Notes under the pieces: model-generated
Databases searched by the model: none
What the model was told of the DNA's origin: nothing
Seen by the model: only the letters and a program-made list of their open reading frames with translations
Program-made: the position numbers and the translations under genes
In this document: positions 41,024 through 50,352 of the stretch, piece by piece
Layout of the letters: each line of letters starts with the position of its first letter
Position numbering within the stretch: the first letter of the stretch is position 1
DNA from: Candidatus Izemoplasmatales bacterium
GTDB taxonomy: Bacteria; Bacillota_I; Bacilli_A; Izemoplasmatales; Hujiaoplasmataceae
Direction: 5' to 3'
DNA length: 64,000 bases
NCBI GenBank assembly: GCA_050949045.1
Contig: JBMNEZ010000001.1
Location: 896,001-960,000, forward strand

Positions 41024-41731
41024 TTACCAAGAGGTTCCCCACGGGGTTTCACTCATTCCCCAGATTTTTTCCGGCCCTTCAATAGCTTGAACGGCCTCAA
41101 TCTGGAAAGTCATTTGAAGTGAATACCCCGGAGAGTAGTTGGCAAAGTTCTGATCAGAAAAATATGATTCTATCAGCCAAATCTCGAGCGGATCGTCAAC
41201 TCCCTCGCGTTCAACGGGACTTTTATAATACAAATAGTTGTCGATTTCTCGATTATCATGCCAGTTATTGAGATCATAGTTAAAAGGCATGAATCCATCG
41301 ATCAAGACCGAGAGTTCGGTGATAGAATTATCATAGTTAATATAGGTGAGTGTCAATTGTTCATAGAGTTTAATCCGTAGATAGGTGCCGACATTGCTCG
41401 AGACCTCGATCTTCAAACGGAAATCCTCAAAGTAGTTGGAGCTGATGCCGCTGACAATGTTAATTTCGTAGACACCTGGCTTATAGACTCCCGATTCAAC
41501 TTCTACTCTTGACTCGAGGATTTCATTTGCTGGGACAAGTTCCCCCTCATCATTTTCAAAATAGACGAGCAGATCGACATCGACGAAGCCGACCTCGGCA
41601 TTGATCCATTTTTCATATTTCCCGGTAAACCAGGCGTAGCTTGAAAAGACGAAAAGGGCGATCGAAATCACCAGCAGCGACAATGAGAAGACGAGTTTTC
41701 TCTTTAGCGCTTTTTCCTCCAATTTTGCCAC
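41024..41731 (-). CDS. SipW-substrate secreted protein
   Basis: Signal peptide ending SSYAWFT, then EVG.VDV, C-terminal IEAVQA; likely TTG start at 41722. Confidence 0.7.
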   Translation of the reverse strand: MAKLEEKALKRKLVFSLSLLVISIALFVFSSYAWFTGKYEKWINAEVGFVDVDLLVYFENDEGELVPANEILESRVEVESGVYKPGVYEINIVSGISSNYFEDFRLKIEVSSNVGTYLRIKLYEQLTLTYINYDNSITELSVLIDGFMPFNYDLNNWHDNREIDNYLYYKSPVEREGVDDPLEIWLIESYFSDQNFANYSPGYSLQMTFQIEAVQAIEGPEKIWGMSETPWGTSW

Positions 41732-41796
41732 TCCTTTGGGATTAAAAAAGCCATTGTCACACGGATGACGTCTTTAATATTTCCAGCCCTGGAAAT

Positions 41797-41827
41797 AAAA
41801 AAACGCCCTCGTCCTAAAGACAACGGC
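41797..41827 (-). terminator. riboswitch expression-platform terminator
   Basis: GCCGTTGTCT-TTA-GGACGAGGGC then G and a run of T; its 5' arm overlaps the 3' strand of the aptamer. Confidence 0.75.
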
Positions 41828-41897
41828 AACTGGCTGCCATCTTATCGAAGGCCCTATAACTTTGCGTCACTAACTTTCGCTAGCTTTGCTATTTACG
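41823..41897 (-). ncRNA. GEMM-I (c-di-GMP-I class) riboswitch, A20 variant
   Basis: Minus strand reads AAAUAGCAAAGCUAGCGAAAGUUAGUGACGCAAAGUUAUAGGGCC...GGCAGCCAGUUGCCG: GCAAA, GAAA-capped P2, GACGCAAAG, AGGG/CAGCC, GUUGCC. Confidence 0.92.
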
Positions 41898-41902
41898 CGC
41901 TT

Positions 41903-41931
41903 ATTATAATATCACAATATCGAATTGTCAA
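41903..41931 (-). promoter_or_regulatory. sigma-A promoter driving the riboswitch operon
   Basis: Perfect TTGACA-17 nt-TATAAT ending 5 nt upstream of the aptamer. Confidence 0.9.
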
Positions 41932-42109
41932 GAAGAATGAAACTATTTTTGCTAAAATTCTGTTCAATAAACTTCACATGCAAACAATCAATCTCCGGAC
42001 TTTTGCCATCAGCATATTTCCATCATGCAAATCGCGCAAGATAATTGTTGTTTTTGAAAATAAAAAATGTTATCATAATGAGTGCGAAATTGTTAAGGAG
42101 TGGAATTGC

Positions 42110-45100
42110 ATGAAAAGCATACTCACCAAGAAAGTCATCATTATATTCAGTATTTTAATCGCCATCGTCGCCACCGCTGTCATTATCGCCTTTTCGACGG
42201 GCAATACCCGCTACCCGTCTTTGAGCGACCCTGACGGCATCTTTTATGAACGGCTGGACGATCAGGGAAAGGTTATGTATTCAATATCCAATAAAGAACT
42301 CTATGAGACTATTAAGGCCGAAGACGGTCTTCAACAGCTTCTCCTCTTGGCCGATACGACTCTGCTCAAAGACTATCTTGACCAAGTGACCGACGACATG
42401 ATCGCCGATAAAATCTTGATTCTGAAATATGGAAGTTCCGACCCCGACAAACTGGCACTGATTGACGAAGAAACCATCGAACAATTCGACAACAGTTTCA
42501 AACTTAACATGCTCCTTCTGGGCTACGATGGCAACGAGGAGGAATACGCATCCATTCTCCTCGCCCGGGAAATGTATGCAAGAGAGCAGCTCAGAACCGA
42601 CGACACGATCAAGGACTTGGATGTTGCCAAGCAGTTTCTGAACAAGACCTTTGCGGATATCCAGGCTGTTCGAATCCGCTTCACCAGTACCCAAGACTAC
42701 AAAGCCGTCATGCAGAAGTTCAATCTCCTTGACTATGATACCAAAGATCTCCGTGAGTATCTTGGATATTATTTCAAAAATGAAACTTTTCTTGATAATC
42801 AAGACAATATCGTTGAAGCTTATATCACTGTTCATCCTTTTTACTTTGACGACAAACAAAACATCTGCGATTATAATGAGACGATTGTCTATACCATTGG
42901 TGAAGGCGATATCTATGTCGACAATGCCGATAAAGAATACACCCTCGACAATGACGGAAACCTGATCGATGCTGATCAAGAGGTCATCATCGAAGCTGCG
43001 CTGTTGTTTGACAGTTTTGAAGAAGCAGACACCTACAAGGAAGAGAATACGACTTATTACACCGTTACAAAGACCGACCCCTTCGACGAGGATGAGAATC
43101 CGGTTGTCAAAGACAATACTGATACCGTCGTCTACATCCTTAAAGATAACAAAGTCTATGACACCGAGAACAACGATGTCACCACCACTTCCGGACTCTA
43201 TGTGAATAAAGTCTTTGCCAAGATAACCTCGGTGGCAGTGGCAACCCTCAATAATTCCCGTGAACTGACCGATGAGGAAGTGCTGCACAAATACATATTG
43301 ATGTACAACTACGTGTATGGCGCCTATCGGACCCCGCTTCCGGAAGCCGCTTCCATCGCCGATTTGATTGCGCTTGAAAACGAAGATCTGATGTACTCAT
43401 TCGCTGATGTAAATGAAATTTCTTCCGACCTAGCCGCTTATATGTTTAAAACCATCGATCTTGAAAACGAGGATGCGAGTCGCTATTCAAGTTCCGGGAA
43501 AGCTTTTGCGATATCCAACACAGTTTACTATTACATGGTTTTCAAACTTAATCAAGGCGACGACAAGAAAACGTATGAGGAGACGATGCTCGACAATATC
43601 GTGACTCAGATCCGGATCCCGACAACGATCGGTGACACGATCGCCCCGATGACTTCCAGTTGGTATGATTCGGCCATCAGTTGGACTTCTGCGAACAATA
43701 ACGTCATCACCGGTGCCGGTGTAGTCACAAAACCTAATGTGGACACCGAGGTCGAACTCACGTACCGGATCACATTCAACGGCAGAATCCGCACCGGCAA
43801 GGTGACGGTTACCGTCCTTGCGAATGGCGAAACGATTCCCGTTGAGGCAAGCACCGATACGGAGATTCCTTTCAAAACAATCCTTGACGATGACGACCTG
43901 TATGATGATCTGACGGAGATTCTCGTCGAGGAAAAAATGACTGATTCGAATTCGTCTAACACAATTAATACTTATCTCAACAAACTGCGTGCTAAATACA
44001 ATTTCAAAATCTATGACTATCTGATCGGACTCGAATATCACAATTTCTACATCGATTACGACCACAAGACCAAGGGAAACAAGCGCCTTGTAGCTTCGCT
44101 TTCCGGCAGACCGGGAGCCGCTGAAACAGCAATCGAGTTCACCGCTGACGACTTGTTCACATACGCGCTCACCAAGAATCCCTCGGTTTACTTGATGTAC
44201 GCCTCCCGTTTCAAGGAAATCCTCACTACCCCTTACTATCAAACCGTCTTCGGCTCCGAGAAGAAAATCATGAAAAACAAGTCGGAGAAGATGGAAGAGA
44301 TGCTCAAGTATGTCGATTCGGTCAAGAACTATTATGCCTATCTGCAACAGCTCTATGCCCAGTACAATATGGAGTTCCCGTATGCATCATTCAATGACTA
44401 CATTTATCTCCAGTTCAATGGCGCCAAATCGGAGACCGACCTGCTCGAGAAAGCGATTGTCTCAGCGCTTCAAGACCACCAGATACGTGAAACAATCAAT
44501 AATTACGATCTGCTTGAATTAATGTATCCAACAATCGAGGAATACTACGACAACTATTTCAGCCTTTATGTTACCCATCTTCTTGTTTTCCTTGATTTTG
44601 ACGAAAATGACAGGCCTGATGACTACATTGAATATGTCGATGGTCTGGCTCCCGCAGATGCGGACGCCCTCGATGCTCTCATCGCCGCCCTTGAAACCGA
44701 CATCCTTGCTTATCTTGAAGAAGAGAGCAACACCTTGTTTACGCTAGCTTCGGACTATAAGGCTGCGACCCGTGAGGACGAAACCTGGGGTGTTTATAAA
44801 CAAAAAGGCTTGTTCCTCCTCACCCAGGAGCTGAACAAAAAGGACGACAAAGATGTCAAACATTCGCTCGAATACTTCGGCGATTACGGAGTCAGCGATG
44901 AATTGATTCCCGAATTCGTCACCGCTCTCAAGGATCTCTACGACGAATACAATCTGCCACAGAATATCGATAATGAAGAAATGCTGTCAAGCATCGTTGA
45001 AACCAAGTTCGGCAACCACTTGATTCTCGGGACCAAGGGGGATTACTTCACGCAACCAAGCGCCGCTTTCGCGGAAGCAGATCCGGATAATCCGATCTAC

Positions 45101-45463
45101 GATCCGGATACCGTCAATCCTAATGACAAGCCGACTCTCAAACAAATCCAGTTATATGCCGAATATTTCTTCTATGACAAATTCTATGATCTTTCCGAAC
45201 CGGGCGTCGAAGCGAAATATGGTTTCACGTATCCCAAAATAAAGGCTTCGCTGAGAACCGCCATCGCCACATATGCCAAAGATCTGGTTTCCAGTTCCTT
45301 TGTCATCGGCACCATCAACATCAACCAGGCCACCAAAATGGCCGGCGGCAGATTCATTCCCTCGGATTATTACGACCAGACCAACGCCGAACTGATCGCC
45401 CTTTTTGAAGCGATTAAAGATGCGCACTTCAAAGCCATGTACGGAAAATACGAGAACGATTAG
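42110..45463 (+). CDS. large membrane-anchored protein with two PrsA/parvulin-like modules and an Ig-like insert
   Basis: AAGGAG RBS; N-terminal TM; ISNKELYETIKAEDGLQQLL; ISWTSANNNVITGAGVVTKP..TEVELTY Ig-like segment; VTHLLV ... IPEFV ... VETKFGNHLI. Confidence 0.65.
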   Translation: MKSILTKKVIIIFSILIAIVATAVIIAFSTGNTRYPSLSDPDGIFYERLDDQGKVMYSISNKELYETIKAEDGLQQLLLLADTTLLKDYLDQVTDDMIADKILILKYGSSDPDKLALIDEETIEQFDNSFKLNMLLLGYDGNEEEYASILLAREMYAREQLRTDDTIKDLDVAKQFLNKTFADIQAVRIRFTSTQDYKAVMQKFNLLDYDTKDLREYLGYYFKNETFLDNQDNIVEAYITVHPFYFDDKQNICDYNETIVYTIGEGDIYVDNADKEYTLDNDGNLIDADQEVIIEAALLFDSFEEADTYKEENTTYYTVTKTDPFDEDENPVVKDNTDTVVYILKDNKVYDTENNDVTTTSGLYVNKVFAKITSVAVATLNNSRELTDEEVLHKYILMYNYVYGAYRTPLPEAASIADLIALENEDLMYSFADVNEISSDLAAYMFKTIDLENEDASRYSSSGKAFAISNTVYYYMVFKLNQGDDKKTYEETMLDNIVTQIRIPTTIGDTIAPMTSSWYDSAISWTSANNNVITGAGVVTKPNVDTEVELTYRITFNGRIRTGKVTVTVLANGETIPVEASTDTEIPFKTILDDDDLYDDLTEILVEEKMTDSNSSNTINTYLNKLRAKYNFKIYDYLIGLEYHNFYIDYDHKTKGNKRLVASLSGRPGAAETAIEFTADDLFTYALTKNPSVYLMYASRFKEILTTPYYQTVFGSEKKIMKNKSEKMEEMLKYVDSVKNYYAYLQQLYAQYNMEFPYASFNDYIYLQFNGAKSETDLLEKAIVSALQDHQIRETINNYDLLELMYPTIEEYYDNYFSLYVTHLLVFLDFDENDRPDDYIEYVDGLAPADADALDALIAALETDILAYLEEESNTLFTLASDYKAATREDETWGVYKQKGLFLLTQELNKKDDKDVKHSLEYFGDYGVSDELIPEFVTALKDLYDEYNLPQNIDNEEMLSSIVETKFGNHLILGTKGDYFTQPSAAFAEADPDNPIYDPDTVNPNDKPTLKQIQLYAEYFFYDKFYDLSEPGVEAKYGFTYPKIKASLRTAIATYAKDLVSSSFVIGTININQATKMAGGRFIPSDYYDQTNAELIALFEAIKDAHFKAMYGKYEND

Positions 45464-45467
45464 ACAA

Positions 45468-45500
45468 TAAAAACCTGAGATTTCGGTCTCAGGTTTTTTG
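45468..45500. terminator. bidirectional terminator between convergent genes
   Basis: AAAAACCTGAGA-TTTCGG-TCTCAGGTTTTTT. Confidence 0.8.
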
Positions 45501-46028
45501 TGTCCGGCAGTCAGCGATCAAATTCCAGATCGCTTTTTTGTCGGTAAAATCGACGTGTTTTCCATAAAACTCAATGAACTTTTGGGTCTCTTCGTCCCGC
45601 TTTGAAGGGACAATCCGCTTAAGATGCCTGAAGACGATTCCCAGCGCGGCCTTGTGTTTCAGCGAAAGTTTGGCGTAATTGATTTCTCCCGGAAACACGT
45701 ATGATTTCAGCCTGTGGCGCATATCTTTCCTCAGTCTGCGGGAGAGATCGAGATAAAGATCCTGATGTGATATCTGCCCAAGCGAGACAAAGAAAACAAA
45801 AATACGCGTGTCTTCCCTCTTTAAGAGTAGTTTCTTGATTATCGACATACGGATGCTCTTAGCAGCGAAAACCGGAACGCCGATGATGATGTTATCGTAT
45901 TCGTAGAGGTCATCGGGATTGACATCATCGATCCCGATGAAATCAGCCTTGAGTTCATCTCTGATCCACTCGGCATATTTTTTTGTCGAACCGTAGATAG
46001 ATTTATAGATAACAAGAGTGTCTTTCAT
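45489..46028 (-). CDS. flavodoxin-domain protein (HemG/Flavodoxin_5-like)
   Basis: YKSIYGSTKKYAEWI, YDNIIIG, DFTDK. Confidence 0.8.
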   Translation of the reverse strand: MKDTLVIYKSIYGSTKKYAEWIRDELKADFIGIDDVNPDDLYEYDNIIIGVPVFAAKSIRMSIIKKLLLKREDTRIFVFFVSLGQISHQDLYLDLSRRLRKDMRHRLKSYVFPGEINYAKLSLKHKAALGIVFRHLKRIVPSKRDEETQKFIEFYGKHVDFTDKKAIWNLIADCRTQKT

Positions 46029-46042
46029 TATTTATTACACCA

Positions 46043-46972
46043 CTAGTGTTTTGCGAGTTTGTGCTTGTAGTAGCGCTCGCGATCCAAAACACCGATCGGC
46101 GAAGTCAGATCGCCGGTTTCGATTAGAGCGAGTTCCTCGCCGAGGACACAGACCTTCGAATCAATGTTATCAAGAAAATGGATGATCAGAGCTTCGGCGA
46201 TGTTCGGGCGCTTCGGAGAGCCGAAATTCCCATAGTAATGATGACTGATCATGATATGTTGGAGCAACATCGCTTCTTCGGTGTCGGCGTGGCCGAGCGC
46301 GATGGCAGCCTGGTCGATTATGTTCGCACCCATTGTGATATGTCCGAGCAAACGCCCCTTGATCGTATATTCACTGCCTTCAAACGTATCGAACTCGAGA
46401 ATTTTGGCGACATCATGGAGGATGACACCGGCATAGACCAAATCAGCAGAGAGGAACGGATAAACGGCAAGAAAACCGTCGGCCAGCTTCAGCATCGAAT
46501 TCGTGTGATAGGCGAGCCCCGAAATATAGGCATGATGATACTTCGTCGCCGCCGGAAACAGGTAAAAATCATCCTGATATTTGTCGAGGATATATTTTGT
46601 GATCTCCGCGATCACCGGGTTCTCAATCGCCTGCAGTTTGGCTTCGATTCCTTTTCTGACCTCGGCGAGATCGATAGGCGCATAATGGTAGAATACCCGC
46701 ATTAGCCTTTCCTTTTCATCATCGTCAAGCTTCATCTCACCAATGATGACTACCGATTTAGCAAGCAGGTGGATCTTGTCCTTGAAAGCGATGGCCTCAG
46801 TCTTGAAATAATAGATCTTGTTCAGCGAGAGGTTGATCTCCTTATCAACTCTGACAATCAGACTCTCGCCGGCTTCGCTGGTGACATTGCATGCATACGT
46901 GTCATAGGTCGAGGGATTGATGTTTTCGATTTTGCCGTAGAAGTCGTATTTTTGACCGATTTCGTAGTTCAT
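46043..46972 (-). CDS. yhaM: HD-domain 3'-5' exoribonuclease, YhaM-like
   Basis: PAA.KYHHAY.SGL..HT, ILHD.AK, G.LLGHI, SHH, LDNIDSK. Confidence 0.85.
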   Translation of the reverse strand: MNYEIGQKYDFYGKIENINPSTYDTYACNVTSEAGESLIVRVDKEINLSLNKIYYFKTEAIAFKDKIHLLAKSVVIIGEMKLDDDEKERLMRVFYHYAPIDLAEVRKGIEAKLQAIENPVIAEITKYILDKYQDDFYLFPAATKYHHAYISGLAYHTNSMLKLADGFLAVYPFLSADLVYAGVILHDVAKILEFDTFEGSEYTIKGRLLGHITMGANIIDQAAIALGHADTEEAMLLQHIMISHHYYGNFGSPKRPNIAEALIIHFLDNIDSKVCVLGEELALIETGDLTSPIGVLDRERYYKHKLAKH

Positions 46973-46976
46973 TGTC

Positions 46977-49076
46977 TCACATGCCTTTCTTCTTGAAAAG
47001 ATATGTTCCGAGTTCTTTGATCTGGTAGACGCCATTGCCGATCTCCTCAAGTTCGGAGGCCGAAGTCAGGACCAGTTCATAATCGGCGGGAACCGATATA
47101 TTTTCCCTATGGTCAAGCGGTTTGAAAACGAGGATCAGATTGCCTTTTCTGTGGTAGTGGATGAGAAGCGTTTTCGAAGCCAAAACCGTTGTCTCCGACT
47201 CGGCGATCAGTTCCGAGTGAAACCGGAGGCGGAGACAGGGATTGTCTTTTCGAAACTTAATCAATTCCCTGATGAAGTTGATGTACTTGAGATTCTCATC
47301 CACGGCTTCCCAGTTGATTTTGTTTATGATGTCTCCGGACTTATAGCTGTTGTCCTCATTCATCTTTGTCCGAAAGAATTCCTGTCCCATATGGATGAAG
47401 GGGACACCCTGGGCAAGGATGACCATCGCCGTCGCCAGGAGTTGTTGTCTCTTCGCCAACTTTTCATTCTTCGACATCAGCATCGCCTTATCGTGAAAAG
47501 TCATGTTGTCGTGGCATTCCACATAGTTGATCGACTGACTGGTATATTTGAAGAGATAACGGTTGCGGGCGCTTCCGAGCATGAGTTCGGCTACCAGCGG
47601 TGCCTCTTGGGGATTGCCCGTGGCATAGCCTTTTTCCAAAGGTTCAAAAGTCTTGCCTTTGATGGTATCGCGGAAAACGTCATTGAAGAATCCGATCGTG
47701 TAGAGCACGTTTTTGTTGCGCATATGTGCCATCCTGTCGGCGAGATTGGACGCATGGAGGCGCCAACCCTCTCCGTAAACAATCAGATGATCAGAAAGCT
47801 CATGGAGTTCCTGCCTGAGCTCATTCATCGTCTCGAAATCGATGATCCCCATCAGATCGAAGCGGAAGCCGTCGATTTTGAACTCTTTTGCCCAGTACAA
47901 GACAGAATCGATGATCAGTTTCCTAGTCATCTTCCGGTAGGTCGCAAGATCGTTCTTACAGCCGGAATAGTTTGTCATAATCCCTTCACGGTCAACGTTG
48001 AAGGCATAGCCGGGAACCAGTTTCTCGAGTGAAAACTGCGATGCTTCATAGACATGGTTGTAGACGACGTCCATAATGACGGAAATGCCGTTTTCATGCA
48101 AGCCGTCGACCATCATCTTTAATTCATCGATCCGCTTGTAGGGATCATCCGGTTCGGTGGCGTACCATCCTTCGGGAACGAAGTATTGTTCGGGATTGTA
48201 ACCCCAATTGTAGAGAAAATCGGGGTTGTTCTCATCAACGCCCCCAAAGTCGATCAGAGGCATTATCTGCACATGTGTTATCCCAAGGTATTTCAGATAA
48301 TCTAGGCCGGCGGGATTGCCGCCGAGAGTCTTGAGTTTTTTCTCGATGACTCCCAGATATTTCCCGCGATGAGTGAACGGAACGTTCTCATCCATTGAGA
48401 AGTCCCTAACGTTCATCTCGTAGATGACGCTGTCAAGGTAGTTCCCTTTGAAAGAGGATTCATGGTTGAACACATATAGTTTTTCTTTGTCGATGACATA
48501 ATTGTAATCGCCGTTTGCCGTGCTTGCGATCCCATAGGGATCTCCTACAATCTGTTCTTGACCGTTGACATAGACGTGATAGCGATACCTGACACCTTCG
48601 AGATCGCCCTTGACGACTAGCCTCCAGACACCGGCATTCGTGTAGAACATCGCTCTGGTCTCACTGGTGCCGTCTTTGTAGATCAGACACAAATGGACAT
48701 ACTTGGCCACCGGTGTCCAAATTTTGAATTTTGTGGCGGTTTTCTGATATGTCGCGCCGAGATCATCTTTTTTATAGTAATAGATGTTATCAAATAGTTC
48801 TGTCCTGACAATTTTCCCCGTATAGAGCTCGGACTTCTCTTCTTTGTCAGAAACGACGTGATAGATCATCCTAAGTTCGATATAAGCATCAAAAACACAG
48901 ACCAGTTTCGTCTCGTTTCCGATCGGAATCCGCTCCTTGATGTCAAGATCGATCACTTCATCGTTACCGAGCAGCCGGTACTTGGTCTTTTCACGATAAT
49001 GACGGTTGGGGATGATGATTGTGATTTCGTTGAAATCGTCTAGATAGCAGTAAAATTTACGGTTGTCCTGAGCCAT
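46977..49076 (-). CDS. pulA: type I pullulanase (GH13)
   Basis: YNWGYNP, DVVYNH, GFRFDLMG, YGEGW, YVECHDN. Confidence 0.93.
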   Translation of the reverse strand: MAQDNRKFYCYLDDFNEITIIIPNRHYREKTKYRLLGNDEVIDLDIKERIPIGNETKLVCVFDAYIELRMIYHVVSDKEEKSELYTGKIVRTELFDNIYYYKKDDLGATYQKTATKFKIWTPVAKYVHLCLIYKDGTSETRAMFYTNAGVWRLVVKGDLEGVRYRYHVYVNGQEQIVGDPYGIASTANGDYNYVIDKEKLYVFNHESSFKGNYLDSVIYEMNVRDFSMDENVPFTHRGKYLGVIEKKLKTLGGNPAGLDYLKYLGITHVQIMPLIDFGGVDENNPDFLYNWGYNPEQYFVPEGWYATEPDDPYKRIDELKMMVDGLHENGISVIMDVVYNHVYEASQFSLEKLVPGYAFNVDREGIMTNYSGCKNDLATYRKMTRKLIIDSVLYWAKEFKIDGFRFDLMGIIDFETMNELRQELHELSDHLIVYGEGWRLHASNLADRMAHMRNKNVLYTIGFFNDVFRDTIKGKTFEPLEKGYATGNPQEAPLVAELMLGSARNRYLFKYTSQSINYVECHDNMTFHDKAMLMSKNEKLAKRQQLLATAMVILAQGVPFIHMGQEFFRTKMNEDNSYKSGDIINKINWEAVDENLKYINFIRELIKFRKDNPCLRLRFHSELIAESETTVLASKTLLIHYHRKGNLILVFKPLDHRENISVPADYELVLTSASELEEIGNGVYQIKELGTYLFKKKGM

Positions 49077-50272
49077 TATTCTAATTCCGTCCGCTTTTTC
49101 TCAAGTATTTTTTTCACATACTCCAAAATCTCGTCTTTGTTGTTTTGTAGTTTGCCTATAACAACCGCATTGACTACTTCGTCAATGGTGGATCCGATCA
49201 GTCTTTCATCTATTTCCGGCCATCCGGTCTTGATGTCTTCCGCTCCAAAGTCAAGTTCGCGTGATGACCTGATCGGCAAACTATTCCAAATGTCGCAAAC
49301 GGCATCTTCCTGATTTGTGGGCTGACCCAAATACATGAGAATCCGATTCGCCGACAAACAAAGATCAAGCCCGTAACGATAGACAAGCAGTCTGGAGAAA
49401 GGCTTGTCTATGGTTGCCTGAACGAGTTCCGTCAACACTGCAATGTGTTTTCTCTCTTTGTTAGAAAACCGCCATTCTTTGGGAATATCCGTATATCCCA
49501 TCAAATAAAAAGACAAGGCATAAAACTCCCAAACGCTGAGGTTATAAAAAGTACGCGTTGAAATGAGTTCGAGAGCTTTTTTTAGATCCTTGATAGCATC
49601 TCCCATTTGGTGTTCGTGCATCATTTTCAGCGCCAGATGAGCCTTAGGATAACTGATGATCTTTTCAAGTTCGCCGATGATTCTCTCGGACGCAATCTTC
49701 TCGAGAAGCCCAATGGACTTGACAAGCGCTTGCGAAGTCTTCTCCTCCAAAGAAAAACCCAGTTTGGCTACAAAGCGAAAAGCCCTCAGTATTCGAAGAG
49801 CATCTTCTTGGAAACGCTCATTCGGATCCCCGACTGCCCGAATGAGGCGCTTCTTAAGGTCATCACGTCCATTGAAGGGATCGATAACCTCCATCTGCGC
49901 CGACATGGCCATGGCGTTGATCGTGAAATCTCGGCGTTTGAGATCCTCCTCAAGGCTGTCACTGAAATAGATCGTTTCCGGATGGCGGTAATCAATGTAT
50001 CCGCCTTCCTTGCGGAAAGTAGTGACTTCAAATTTGTATTTCCCGACAAAAACAGTCACAGTGCCGTATTTTACGCCAGTCGGCTTGGTTAACGGAAAAA
50101 CAGCGGCTACCTCACCCGGTGTCGCATCGGTGGCGATATCTATGTCATCGGTGGGAATGTGTAGAAGATAGTCCCGCACGAATCCACCGACAAAGAAAGC
50201 CTTGTGACCATGATTATTGAGAATATCGAGTACTTTGATGGCGGCTGCCAGTTGACTGTCCAAGTCAATCAC
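49076..50272 (-). CDS. cca: CCA tRNA nucleotidyltransferase
   Basis: VGGFVRD..DIDIAT, EVTTFR, RRDFTINA, RFQEDALRILRA. Confidence 0.93.
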   Translation of the reverse strand: MIDLDSQLAAAIKVLDILNNHGHKAFFVGGFVRDYLLHIPTDDIDIATDATPGEVAAVFPLTKPTGVKYGTVTVFVGKYKFEVTTFRKEGGYIDYRHPETIYFSDSLEEDLKRRDFTINAMAMSAQMEVIDPFNGRDDLKKRLIRAVGDPNERFQEDALRILRAFRFVAKLGFSLEEKTSQALVKSIGLLEKIASERIIGELEKIISYPKAHLALKMMHEHQMGDAIKDLKKALELISTRTFYNLSVWEFYALSFYLMGYTDIPKEWRFSNKERKHIAVLTELVQATIDKPFSRLLVYRYGLDLCLSANRILMYLGQPTNQEDAVCDIWNSLPIRSSRELDFGAEDIKTGWPEIDERLIGSTIDEVVNAVVIGKLQNNKDEILEYVKKILEKKRTELE

Positions 50273-50352
50273 CTATTTAATTATACCATACGTTAATTAG
50301 GTATTCTATCATATTCGTTAAGGCTATGTTATAATTGAAACGGTGATCATCC

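Noticed and set aside
41765..42109. 115-aa N-terminal extension of the 1232-aa ORF
   Set aside because: It overlaps the antisense riboswitch and promoter; the RBS and signal anchor indicate a start at 42110.
42281..44347. Long antisense ORFs (335 aa, 286 aa) and similar ones opposite nifJ, pulA and the thiolase
   Set aside because: Antisense shadows caused by codon bias of the real genes; no motifs or RBS.
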